Origin: Tubiluchus corallicola
Taxonomy: Eukaryota; Animalia; Priapulida
Assembly (NCBI GenBank): GCA_030141605.1
Contig: JAQGDQ010000235.1
Span: 124,001-188,000 of the forward strand
Reading direction: 5' to 3'
DNA: 64,000 nt
The position numbers and the translations under genes were made by a program. The notes beneath the pieces were generated by a model. It was given only the letters and a program-made list of their open reading frames with translations, was not told where the DNA came from and did no database searches. Shown here in pieces: positions 54,202 to 64,000 of the stretch. Positions within the stretch are counted from its first letter, which is position 1. Each line of letters opens with the position of its first letter.

Positions 54202-55509
54202 TGTAATGGCCCGTGCATGCAGGGGCAGACCATAGGGGCCAATTAATGGTAGTCGCTGCTAAGTTCGATCAGTTCCTTGGCCGAGCTAGGGGCACTAACC
54301 GACTGCCCACTAAAGAAACAGACAATAGCTGAGCGTAGGCAGACTCTACGGGGGCTCTACCTAAATAGCATGGGTTCTTTTGTTGTGGGATTGATTAAAA
54401 ACAGGCTTCCCATCAATACCTCAAAAACCAAACTGTAACCAGTCGAATAAATGACAAAATATTAAGTTTAATGACACAAACAAAAACAGTTGTATAATTG
54501 AGCTTTTTGTAAACAATGGAAATTAGTAATAAGCAAAAGCTAATCTGAAAACGCTACTAAACAGCATGGCATGAAATAAATGCAATGACTAAACACACAA
54601 AAATCATACAGTGTTCCTAACTATTTAAAGGGTTCCTACTTACTCTACCAGCCACCCCAAAATGCGTACGCTAGCATAATATCTTCTCCAGACAAGTGTA
54701 GTTTGCGGTCAGAGTCCTTTAGAACGACTGAAGTATGGTTCTGACTTCATGTAACGGGTTCACGACTCCCACAGTAACGACTCAAAAATCTGAGAGAAAC
54801 GTAGCTAAATGTTTCAACGTAAGTCTAACAAAAGGGTGACGTGTGAACGGAGCTGTAGGCATACATGCGCTCGGAAATTCACATCAAAAACAAGTTCTCC
54901 CTCTGGCGCCAATTAACGATAACGTAAGTAAACAGGTACCTTTGCCTTCCGGTTTATTGGCATACAGTTCCTACCCGGGCAGTGACGACTTCTCCGTCCC
55001 ATGCGACGGACTATCGAGCTGGGCACCTTTCCAACTGCACGACGGTGCTCTCACATGATCCGAAACGACATCTTCCCGGCATGGTAAGATCAGCAAAGCC
55101 AGGTAAACCAATGAGTGGACATCTTTCACCACCACAAATAGATCATTAGCTTTTCAAACGTCAGCTAATGGACAATCAGGTAAAACGCAAAAACGCAGTT
55201 TAACCAACCAAAGTCAAGTTGCATATCCTGTCCGAGAAATCTGTGTCATGAACGTACAGAAATCCATGTGTTTGGCTTCAATCCGCTTAAATACACCAAC
55301 GTACAGTTACACGTTTAACCCAACCCAGGGGGGGGGCTAACATTCCCTAAACTAACAAATAGTATTACCTAGTTGATTATAACAATCTAGAAACAATTTA
55401 CACTTAGTGAACATAAGTAAGGAAAAGCTGGTGTCAAAATCAGAAAATAAAGCTTAATGTTTATCTGCAAGTTAAAGTACGGCTCTATGATTTAACCTGG
55501 GTCCTTACA
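54202..55509 (-). repeat. Gmr1-type element 5' LTR
   Basis: Direct repeat of 47258-48564, followed by the TSD atata. Confidence 0.97.
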
Positions 55510-57930
55510 ATATACATGTTTAAGCAAAAAAACTGCACTTCTGGTTAGAATGAAACCACAATCACAATATAAATGAAAACCACAAATTACAGAAACATTA
55601 CAGTCAAAATACAGTGCAGAAAAAATACAGATATACATGTTTAAGCAAAAAAACTGCACTTCTGGTTAAAATGAAACCACAATCACAATATAAATGAAAA
55701 CCACAAATTACAGTCAAAATACAGTGCAGAAAAACAGATATACATGTTTAAGCAAAAAACTGCAATTCTGGTTAGAATGAAACCACAATCACAATATAAA
55801 TGAAAACCACAAATTACAGAAACATTACAGTCAAAATACAGTGCAGAAAAAATACAGATATACATGTTTAAGCAAAAAACTGCACTTCTGGTTAGAATGA
55901 AACCACAATCACAATATAAATGAAAACCACAAATTACAGAAACATTACAGTCAAAATACAGTGCAGAAAAAATACAGATATACATGTTTAAGCAAAAAAA
56001 CTGCACTTCTGGTTAGAATGAAACCACAATCACAATATAAATGAAAACCACAAATTACAGTCAAAATACAGTGCAGAAAAATACAGATATACATGTTTAA
56101 GCAAAAACTGCAATTCTGGTTAGAATGAAACCACAATCACAATATAAATGAAAACCACAAATTACAGAAACATTACAGTCACAATACAGTGCAGAAAAAA
56201 TACAGATATACATGTTTAAGCAAAATACTGCAATTCTGGTTAGAATGAAACCACAATCACAATATAAATGAAAACCTCAAATTACAGAAACATTACAGTC
56301 AAAATACAGTGCAGAAAAATACAGATATACATGTTTAAGCAAGAAAACTGCACTTCTGGTTAGAATGAAACCACAATCACAATATAAATGAAAACCACAA
56401 ATTACAGAAACATTACAGTCAAAATACAGTGCAGAAAAATACAGATATACATGTTTAAGCAAAAAAACTGCACTTCTGGTTAGAATGAAACCACAATCAC
56501 AATATAAATGAAAACCACAAATTACAGAAACATTACAGTCAAAATACAGTGCAGAAAAATACAGATATACATGTTTAAGCAAAAAAACTGTACTTCTGGT
56601 TAGAATGAAACCACAATCACAATATAAATGAAAACCACAAATTACAGTCAAAATACAGTGCAGAAAATACAGATATACATGTTTAAGCAAAAACTGCAAT
56701 TCTGGTTAGAATGAAACCACAATCACAATATAAATGAAAACCACAAATTACAGAAACATTACAGTCACAATACAGTGCAGAAAAAATACAGATATACATG
56801 TTTAAGCAAAATACTGCAATTCTGGTTAGAATGAAACCACAATCACAATATAAATGAAAACCTCAAATTACAGAAACATTACAGTCAAAATACAGTGCAG
56901 AAAAATACAGATATACATGTTTAAGCAAGAAAACTGCACTTCTGGTTAGAATGAAACCACAATCACAATATAAATGAAAACCACAAATTACAGAAACATT
57001 ACAGTCTCAAAATACAGTGCAGAAAAATACAGATATACATGTTTAAGCAAAAAAACTGCACTTCTGGTTAGAATGAAACCACAGTCACAATATAAATGAA
57101 AACCACAAATTACAGAAACATTACAGTCAAAATACAGTGCAGAAAAATACAGATATACATGTTTAAGCAAAAAAACTGCACTTCTGGTTAGAATGAAACC
57201 ACTATCACAATATAAATGAGAACCACAAATTACAGTCAAAATACAGTGCAGAAAAATACAGATATACATGTTTAAGCAAAAACTGCAATTCTGGTTAGAA
57301 TGAAACCACAATCACAATATAAATGAAAACCACAAATTACAGAAACATTACAGTCACAATACAGTGCAGAAAAAATACAGATATACATGTTTAAGCAAAA
57401 TACTGCAATTCTGGTTAGAATGAAACCACAATCACAATATAAATGAAAACCTCAAATTACAGAAACATTACAGTCAAAATACAGTGCAGAAAAATACAGA
57501 TATACATGTTTAAGCAAAAAAAACTGCACTTCTGGTTAGAATGAAACCACAATCACAATATAAATGAAAACCACAAATTACAGAAACATTACAGTCTCAA
57601 AATACAGTGCAGAAAAAATACAGATATACATGTTTAAGCAAAAAAACTGCACTTCTGGTTAGAATGAAACCACTATCACAATATAAATGAGAACCACAAA
57701 TTACAGAAACATTACAGTCAAAATACAGTGCAGAAAAAATACAGATATACATGTTTAAGCAAAAAACTGCACTTCTGGTTAGAATGAAACCACAATCACA
57801 ATATAAATGAAAACCACAATTACAATCAAAATACAGTGCAGAAAAATACAGATATACATGTTTAAGCAAAAACAAACTGTACTAACCATATAATTTAAAG
57901 AATACAGTGCAGAAAAAATACAGATATACA
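55510..57930. repeat. ~120-bp (and ~109-bp variant) tandem satellite, ~20 units, with 5-mer higher-order structure
   Basis: Unit atatacatgtttaagcaaaaaaactgcacttctggttagaatgaaaccacaatcacaatataaatgaaaaccacaaattacag[aaacattacag]tcaaaatacagtgcagaaaaaatacag. Confidence 0.97.
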
Positions 57931-58099
57931 AGTTATACAGTTCACAGCATGGCAGAACTGCATGGATGGCAAGGGAATCAAAATGAGTTATAGTTAGTAG
58001 TGTTTGGTAGGGGCAGAAAAAATATTTAAAAAACCCCAAAAAAACTGTGCACAGCAAAAAATAAAATAATACAAAATATAAAAATACAATACAAAGTTT

Positions 58100-59190
58100 A
58101 CAACTGAACTCCAGCTCCGACCGTTTGGCTGCAATGAGTTTATGCACGTCTTGGTCATCCCACTCGAATATGGGTGCTGAGATTTGCCTCATGAATTGTG
58201 CATACAGTGGATGAGACTTGAGAGGACAGGATGCTATTCTTCTAATGAAGTGGTAGATATCTAGCCGAACAATCAGGTTCTTCCACAAGTGAAACATGGC
58301 ATGTGTCTTACTCCTTGTTCCTGTCGATGAACAGCAATCCCTGTCCACGTACATCAGATGTGGCGGATCTTGGTTCGCCTCGCTGTAACGTCTCATCAGT
58401 CCAGCAGCCATCTCCGTCAATCCAGCACCTTCTGCACACGTGGCAACAGATATGTTAGTAGTGCAGGAAACTGCGAACGATGGCCTACATCGATTTGCTG
58501 TAGTATTCCTGGGCACCATGCTGCAACTTTGGTATGGCACACTCTACATTCCAGATAGTCAGTAGCAAGAAGAAAGATGCCATCCACATCGACTACTTGG
58601 CGAACTGTCTTGTAATATCCACAAAGAGCCATTTGTCCTACGCAGTCAGGTTTTACACACTGCAGTCTCATTTTCAAGAAACGAAGTGGCATCCAAAGAA
58701 ATAATGGTCTTGCAAAAAGCAGAGCCGTGGATGCTGGTGGCTGATTATGAATCATTGGAGGTTGCGGTGGATGAACCCACATCTGGATGTTCGGCTTCTA
58801 CTGCCGCTTACCACCAGGTCCAATGATGAAAACAGCCTTAGAGATCCAGGCCTATTCCCTCTTTGGTATGGCTTCTTTCCAAGCTGAAGGCAAGAGACTC
58901 TATAGAGAAATAAAACCAGTGTTAAAATTATATAAACACTATATTCAACATAGTCATACTATAGTCAGTTTCTAAAGTGCAGTTTCTAAAAATTACAGTT
59001 TCTAAAAATTAGTAAGAACACATGAGGTACAAAAAAATTAGAAAAAAATTAGAACTAACCTGAGGACCAGCTGGCCTTAGCTGACTCGTGCTTGGCTTAC
59101 TCACGACAACTGGCTCAACTGGGGGTGGTACATGTTGTAGTTGACCACGTTGTGCTATGTCGTCTAGCACAACACGCACAGTACGTGCTA
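58100..59190 (-). pseudogene. Truncated, intron-containing transposase-like gene (Cys-rich domain plus YVDxDCC / DIYH core; DUF6729-like)
   Basis: LFARPLFLWMP...LQCVKPDC...GYYKTVRQVVDVDG...YLECRVC...QFPALLTY, then after a frame break EGAGLTEMAAGLMRRY...PPHLMYVDRDCC...VRLDIYHFIRR...HPLYAQFM. Probable GT-AG intron at about 58900-59059. The 3' exons are missing. Confidence 0.7.
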
Positions 59191-59817
59191 TAAAAAATAT
59201 AGTATTTAGTATACATAATTACAACACCTTCACACAAGTGCACACGAGTTATGTTAGTGGCTCATCAATTTCTATCTCCCAAACTGACTCTCTGGTACTA
59301 CTAGGCTAGCTCAACATGACTTCAATGTTTGCATTGTTTTTGCTCTATTATTTCACTTTTTCACTATTATAACACACTGCTGAACGACCCTCGAGTGCTA
59401 ACTGAGCCGTTTTGTTAACGTATTAACAGTCAGAATAATTTAACTCGGCGACAAACTTTAATAATAAAAAATATTATTGGGCTACTGTACCGAAGCGCTC
59501 ATACTGTTCGCATTTATGGAGCGCTGGCCCGCTATTGCGTGTCAAAAAGTCGGAAATAAATTTGCTTACCGTTTGCTGTCGAGTTCTCATGTTTCTCTCT
59601 CGAAAAAATGGTAAAAATTTCACACAAAGTGTAAATAATTTGTCACAAACGCATTTCAAATGTGGCGGTGTGGCGAATCTACGGCGCGTGCGTAAAATTT
59701 GCGTCAGCGCCATCTATTTGAAGAAATTCAAACGAATTCCCATTTTGTCCCAATTTGTCTCAATTGTCTCAATTTCACATTGAAAATTGGTGTCCGGGAG
59801 GCGCAAAGGTCTGTATT

Positions 59818-60489
59818 TCATTGAAATATTTCCAGTGGCGTAAAGACATCTCTTAACTTGTCATAATGGTGTTGCCAAGGCTTCTCTTTCCCAAGGAAAT
59901 GTACAACTTTTATTTCATCCCTACAAGCTTCAAATGCAGGTAGATATGTGTAGCACGTAGATGCCAAAACATTATAAGTAAAGAGGAGACGATCCCAGTC
60001 TTTAAAAAAGCTGTTCAACAAGCCCTGATCTCCTCCTTCAAAGCTTGGGAATGTTCTGGCAAAGGTTAATAGACTGTTATAAGTGTCAAGACTTGGTCTG
60101 ATGACCATAACACCACTGTTGAAATGGTCAGGCCAACCAATATCAAGAGGTTCTTCTTTTTCAAAGTCAATATTTCGCAGGACAATCGTGTCTGCATCCA
60201 TGAAAATGCATTTAGAGTAACGTGTCAAAGCCCAACAATGAAGCTTGGTGTATGTTGCTCTCAACTCGGGACGTCCTGCATATAGCGCCTCTAAACCGTC
60301 GCAGATTTGTTCTTCAACAAGCTCAACGTCATCAAAAATTGTCTGCATTTGTATCATAATCTTCGACGAGAGCTGCGCTCTTACCATGACAACTATGCTA
60401 TGCTTAGTATTTGTTTTTCACAAAGAATGAGCTAAGACCATAGCGCTTTGAGCATAAAAGTCATTAGTTGCAAGGGTTACCTAAGCTTC
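59818..60489 (-). pseudogene. GYG: Glycogenin (GT8) catalytic domain embedded in BEL-2 gag; intronless, two premature stops
   Basis: EA*VTLATNDFYAQSAMVLAHSL*KTNT...RPELRATYTKLHCWALTRYSKCIFMDADTIVL...GWPDHFNSGV...SFEGGDQGLLNSFF...YTYLPAF...KVVHFLGKEKPW is collinear with animal glycogenin-1. Confidence 0.93.
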
Positions 60490-61027
60490 ATTTGGGGTTT
60501 CCAAGTTATCCTTTGTCTGCTGTGCCTTTACCCATGAAGTGTTTCGTCTTATTTTATTTTCAGAGCTTGCTTCGCAAATTGAGCGCTCACTAGCTTCATT
60601 ATTAGAGTACACTGCAGCTTCGGCATTTCCTACTTTGAGCCTCGTCTCCAGATCTACGCGCTCTTGTTGCTGCTTTAATCGTTGTTGCTGCAGTTCCATT
60701 TCTTTTTGTTTTTGTTCAAGCTCTTGCTTTGTACTAAGGCATCCCTTTCTACCAGCAAAGCAGCTTTTCTAGCTTCTGCTGCTACTCTTTTTGATAATAC
60801 AGAAGAAATAGCTGATGCTTTGGATGATCCTTTATTTACTTTATAGTTTGTCTCTTATGCGCATCTTCTTCATGGATGGCCGAAGGGCCGGGCTCAATAG
60901 GTAAAAACCCAGTAATGCTCTCCTTTAATCTATCAATAAGTTCGGCTTTTGACCCAGATACCTTTAACCCTCTCTCTTTCAACTTTTTTCTCAACTGCTC
61001 AACAGTGTAATTTTCTATATCAGACAT
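60490..61027 (-). pseudogene. BEL-2 Gag N-terminus: SAP domain plus Ser-rich/coiled-coil region (frameshifted)
   Basis: MSDIENYTVEQLRKKLKERGLKVSGSKAELIDRL fits the SAP consensus. SSKASAISSVLSKRVAAEARKAALL...QELEQKQKEMELQQQRLKQQQERVDLETRL is typical of BEL Gag N-termini. Confidence 0.85.
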
Positions 61028-61507
61028 TGTAAAAGAATTAGCACAAACTATAACAAGAACAGTGTTAAACAATGCAACACCTATTCAACAATGTAATAGC
61101 AACTTTGCATAATATCCAGAAACGCAAAACTGTAAAGATTATACTATCAAATTGTAACATAGCTCTGTCTTTTAGCATGTATACAGACTAGATCAATTTT
61201 TTCCTCTCAATATTAAAATATTGCAACGAAGTATCATTACAGATTACATCAAAAAGTTTTCTTCAAACTTGTATTTAGTTTATAGAAACCTGTAACTTCA
61301 TACAGCTGGTTGACTTTGCATAACTCACCTTGCAGCCAAGTTCTTCAGACAGGTAAAACAGGTAAGTTGATTGCTTGTACAGCCTGGCTTCCTGTGATGT
61401 ATGAAACTAGTTCGTCCGTGTCAAGGTAGTAAAAATGGCTCCTCGCTTTCAGTTTATGCTCCATACACCCAACAGCCTGCACGGTCCATTTCAGCCGAAA
61501 AAATAAA

Positions 61508-61898
61508 TGTTGTTACAGCAAAACACGAGAGTTCCTTTCATTTTGTGTTCACTGCCGTCTTTATTTTCTAAAGTGGAAAACAAAACAATACATAAAATCT
61601 GCAGAATGCAATTTGAACAAAAAACACAGAAGTTCAACAAAAAAATTACACAGAAAATTGCTATGTATTAAATATACAAAAAACACTCACTTCGTACGGC
61701 CAAACAGCACACACCGTTTATGGCTGAAGCATAAAACCAATTCCTTACATCTAAATTGCACTATCGACATTACAACACATTGCATTATTCACAAAACCAG
61801 ACAACGCTGCTCGCAATTCCCACCCGTCCCCTTCAGTTTTTAGCTCCCTCGTGCGGGAAAAAGAAAAAACAAATTATATAGGCAATTTGCCCATAACA
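61508..61898 (-). repeat. BEL-2 5' LTR
   Basis: tgttgttaca...cccataaca, followed by the TSD gaggc. Confidence 0.96.
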
Positions 61899-63149
61899 GA
61901 GGCATACAGCTATAGTTACAATAAAAGAAAATCTGCTTTTTAAAAACATAGCCAAACTGTTAAATTAAAAACAATTGAAATTAGAAAGTATAAAGAAACG
62001 TATCTTATTTACATCTATGTTTGGCTGAGAATTGAAAAAAATAGAAAACAAAAAGAGGGAGAGGGAAATAACTGCATCTCAAAATTTAAATTAGGCATTC
62101 TATTTCTTTGCATCCAATGCTAAGCAGCTGTTTAACATCATCTGTCTTACGCTGAGTTTAGAAGTGAAATATCTGCTCAGAAAAACTAACTTCTCCCAGC
62201 TCTTTCTCTATCTAATTTTAAAGGCGTATAAAACTCCCTTAAGCATTTCCATAACATGCACGACAGATGCTTTTTCTTGACGATGTTTCGTGAAAATTTA
62301 ATAAATCGAGATCAGACTTATTTATATATTACAAAGGCAAATTTCAGTCTCTTTACATTCTATTAAAAGGGTGTTATGAAAAAAGGCACAAATCTGTGAA
62401 TGCTGGGAATGGCTTTTCTAGCAGTCAGCCATCCATTTATTGACTAAGTCTAGCATTATTTACTTTGTTTTCTAAGTACACATGCTGTGAACTCTCAAAC
62501 TGTTTCCGTACTTGCCTTTTGCAGCATAAATGTAGTGGCGTCACTATTACAAAGACCCGCAAAACTTTAATTACTTATGCAGTTATTGCAGTATAACTAT
62601 AACAGTGAACAATTTTCTGATTTTTGCTTGCTTTAAGTAAAATTAAATAAAGAAGTGACTTGAACATTATTATTATTAGTGTTTGTGGTCACTATACTGA
62701 AGTTTTAAAATAATTGACATTAAAATTAAAAATAACAGACCGTGTACACTATTTTGGCAAATACATGAAAATTTTAAACGTTTGAATATAATTAATTGGT
62801 TCGTTTTTACACTATCTGCACAAAGGTATGGCAATAAAAAGGTACCAGGAACATAAATTAATATGCATGCCATGACTGACTTGTGAGACCTATTTACGAT
62901 AAAAGTTTGTGTTTAGTCTGCAAGTACTTTATTTTAATAGCTATGATCTGTGTGTTGTTTGGTAGTTTAAATTTAACTTATTAACTTCAGTTCCATATTT
63001 TATATAAAGCTTTATTGAAGCATATGCTTCATGATTATAATCTTTGCAATTTTTGTAATTAATGAGGATAATAATATGAATGAATTACTCATATTTTCTA
63101 ACTACGGTACTACCTGCATTAGGATTGTTTTTTGTGGAAATGGTGCAAA

Positions 63150-63660
63150 CTCATATTCACCTGTCTGTAAAAATCTATCAACTGTATTGCTAAACCTCTA
63201 TTTTATAATTTTAACAAGTCATTTTCAACGGGTATAGTACCAGACTCTCTGTAAAAGGATAATCCAATCGTTAAAAACGGTGACAAGTCCTAACTGGAAA
63301 TTTATAGACCCATTTCAATTCTTCCCCATTTTGCCAAAATTCTTGAAAGAGTAATGTATAATAGACTATTAAGTTTCATGAAAAAACATACCATATAGCC
63401 ACAGTCTCTCTACTTACATGGCTCCACTTGAACTTCTTGATCTAATATCAAATGCAATTGACAATAATGAATTTACAATTTGTATCTTTATTCATTTATT
63501 TAAGGCCTTTGATACTGTTGACTATAAAATCTTAGCTAAATTAAACAACTATGGTGTCAAAGGTCTGCTTTTACAGTGCTTTACATAAGAGAATGCAGTC
63601 AGCACTAATAGACAACACATTGTCTTCTTTGAAGCATATCAGTTATGGTGTCCCACATTA
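63150..63660 (+). mobile_element. Decayed L2/Crack/CR1-group LINE RT fragment
   Basis: YRPISILPHFAKILERVMYNRLLSF...STYMAPLELLDLISNAIDNNEFTICIFIHLFKAFDTVDYKILAKLNNYGVKG...YGVP. Confidence 0.8.
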
Positions 63661-64000
63661 GAGCATTAGATACTTAGTTTAATATTATGAATTTATGAAG
63701 ATATTTATGGAGCTAATAATAATGATTATATTGTTGTAAAAATACAATTGTAAATTGTCACAATAACGTCACTTAACTTTTATGATTTCACTTCACAATA
63801 ACTAAACATATACATGATTTTATCAAAATTACTGCACAGGAAAAAACATTGCATTTCACATAATAGATATCACAAAATAACAAAATACATTATAAGCACA
63901 TTATAAGTACATGTGGACTAGTGGACTATCGAACTGACACGTGTCAAATAGTCAGCGTATACTTATATAGCGTAGCTTATATAAACTTTAGAAAGAGGCC

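Larger units (their letters stand above)
47258..55509 (-). mobile_element. Young full-length Gmr1-type Ty3/Gypsy LTR retrotransposon
   Basis: 1.3-kb TG...CA LTRs at 47258-48564 and 54202-55509 (about 4 substitutions and 1 indel by eye). TSD atata, PBS, PPT gagagggggcc and a single long ORF. Confidence 0.97.
46409..59800 (-). mobile_element. DNA transposon with C/DxxH-type transposase remnant, inserted in BEL-2 gag
   Basis: Flanked by gcgcaaaag (46400-46408) and gcgcaaagg (59801-59809): a 9-bp TSD with one mismatch and a perfect 7-bp core. Termini cacccg... / ...cgggag. Removing it restores a continuous gag frame KYRPLRTSQP. Confidence 0.8.
40783..61898 (-). mobile_element. BEL/Pao LTR retrotransposon (BEL-2) carrying a glycogenin domain, expanded to 21 kb by nested insertions
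   Basis: 391-bp TG...CA LTRs at 40783-41173 and 61508-61898 (about 13 differences by eye). 5-bp TSD gaggc at 40778-40782 and 61899-61903. PPT ttgaggtggggg. gag-pol is split at 46408/59801. Confidence 0.96.

Noticed and set aside
55683-57875. Cys/Phe-rich ORFs and CRISPR-like periodicity in the satellite
   Set aside because: These are translations of tandem monomers. There are no variable spacers or cas genes, and the context is eukaryotic.
59818-60387. Functional stand-alone host glycogenin gene
   Set aside because: It has two in-frame stops in the N-terminal part, no own start, introns or C-terminal tail, and it lies inside BEL-2 gag.

Overview
AT-rich invertebrate (metazoan) genomic DNA, not prokaryotic. 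The window lies mostly within the introns of a + strand host gene for a secreted cysteine-rich, protease-inhibitor-like mosaic protein. Five symmetric phase 1-1 exons are visible: thyroglobulin-1, Kazal, Lustrin/WR1-like, Kazal, Lustrin/WR1-like. The non-exonic DNA is filled with transposons: a decayed BEL/Pao element (12614-18423), a near-intact hAT (37399-40597), two TA-flanked MITEs, and LINE and Gypsy remnants. It also holds a 21-kb four-layer nest: a BEL/Pao element (40783-61898) contains a 9-bp-TSD DxxH-type DNA transposon (46409-59800), whose ~120-bp satellite is split by a young Gmr1-type Gypsy element with an open ORF (47258-55509). Main discovery: removing the nested insertions shows that the outer BEL element carries an intronless glycogenin (GT8) catalytic domain inside Gag, in frame with the upstream Gag coiled coil. 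The reconstructed order is SAP - coiled coil - glycogenin - capsid/DUF1759-like - Zn knuckles - PR - RT - RH - IN. Second observation: the hAT and the unrelated DxxH element share about 250 bp of 5' non-coding sequence. All calls were made by eye, and family names rest on recalled motifs, not database searches.
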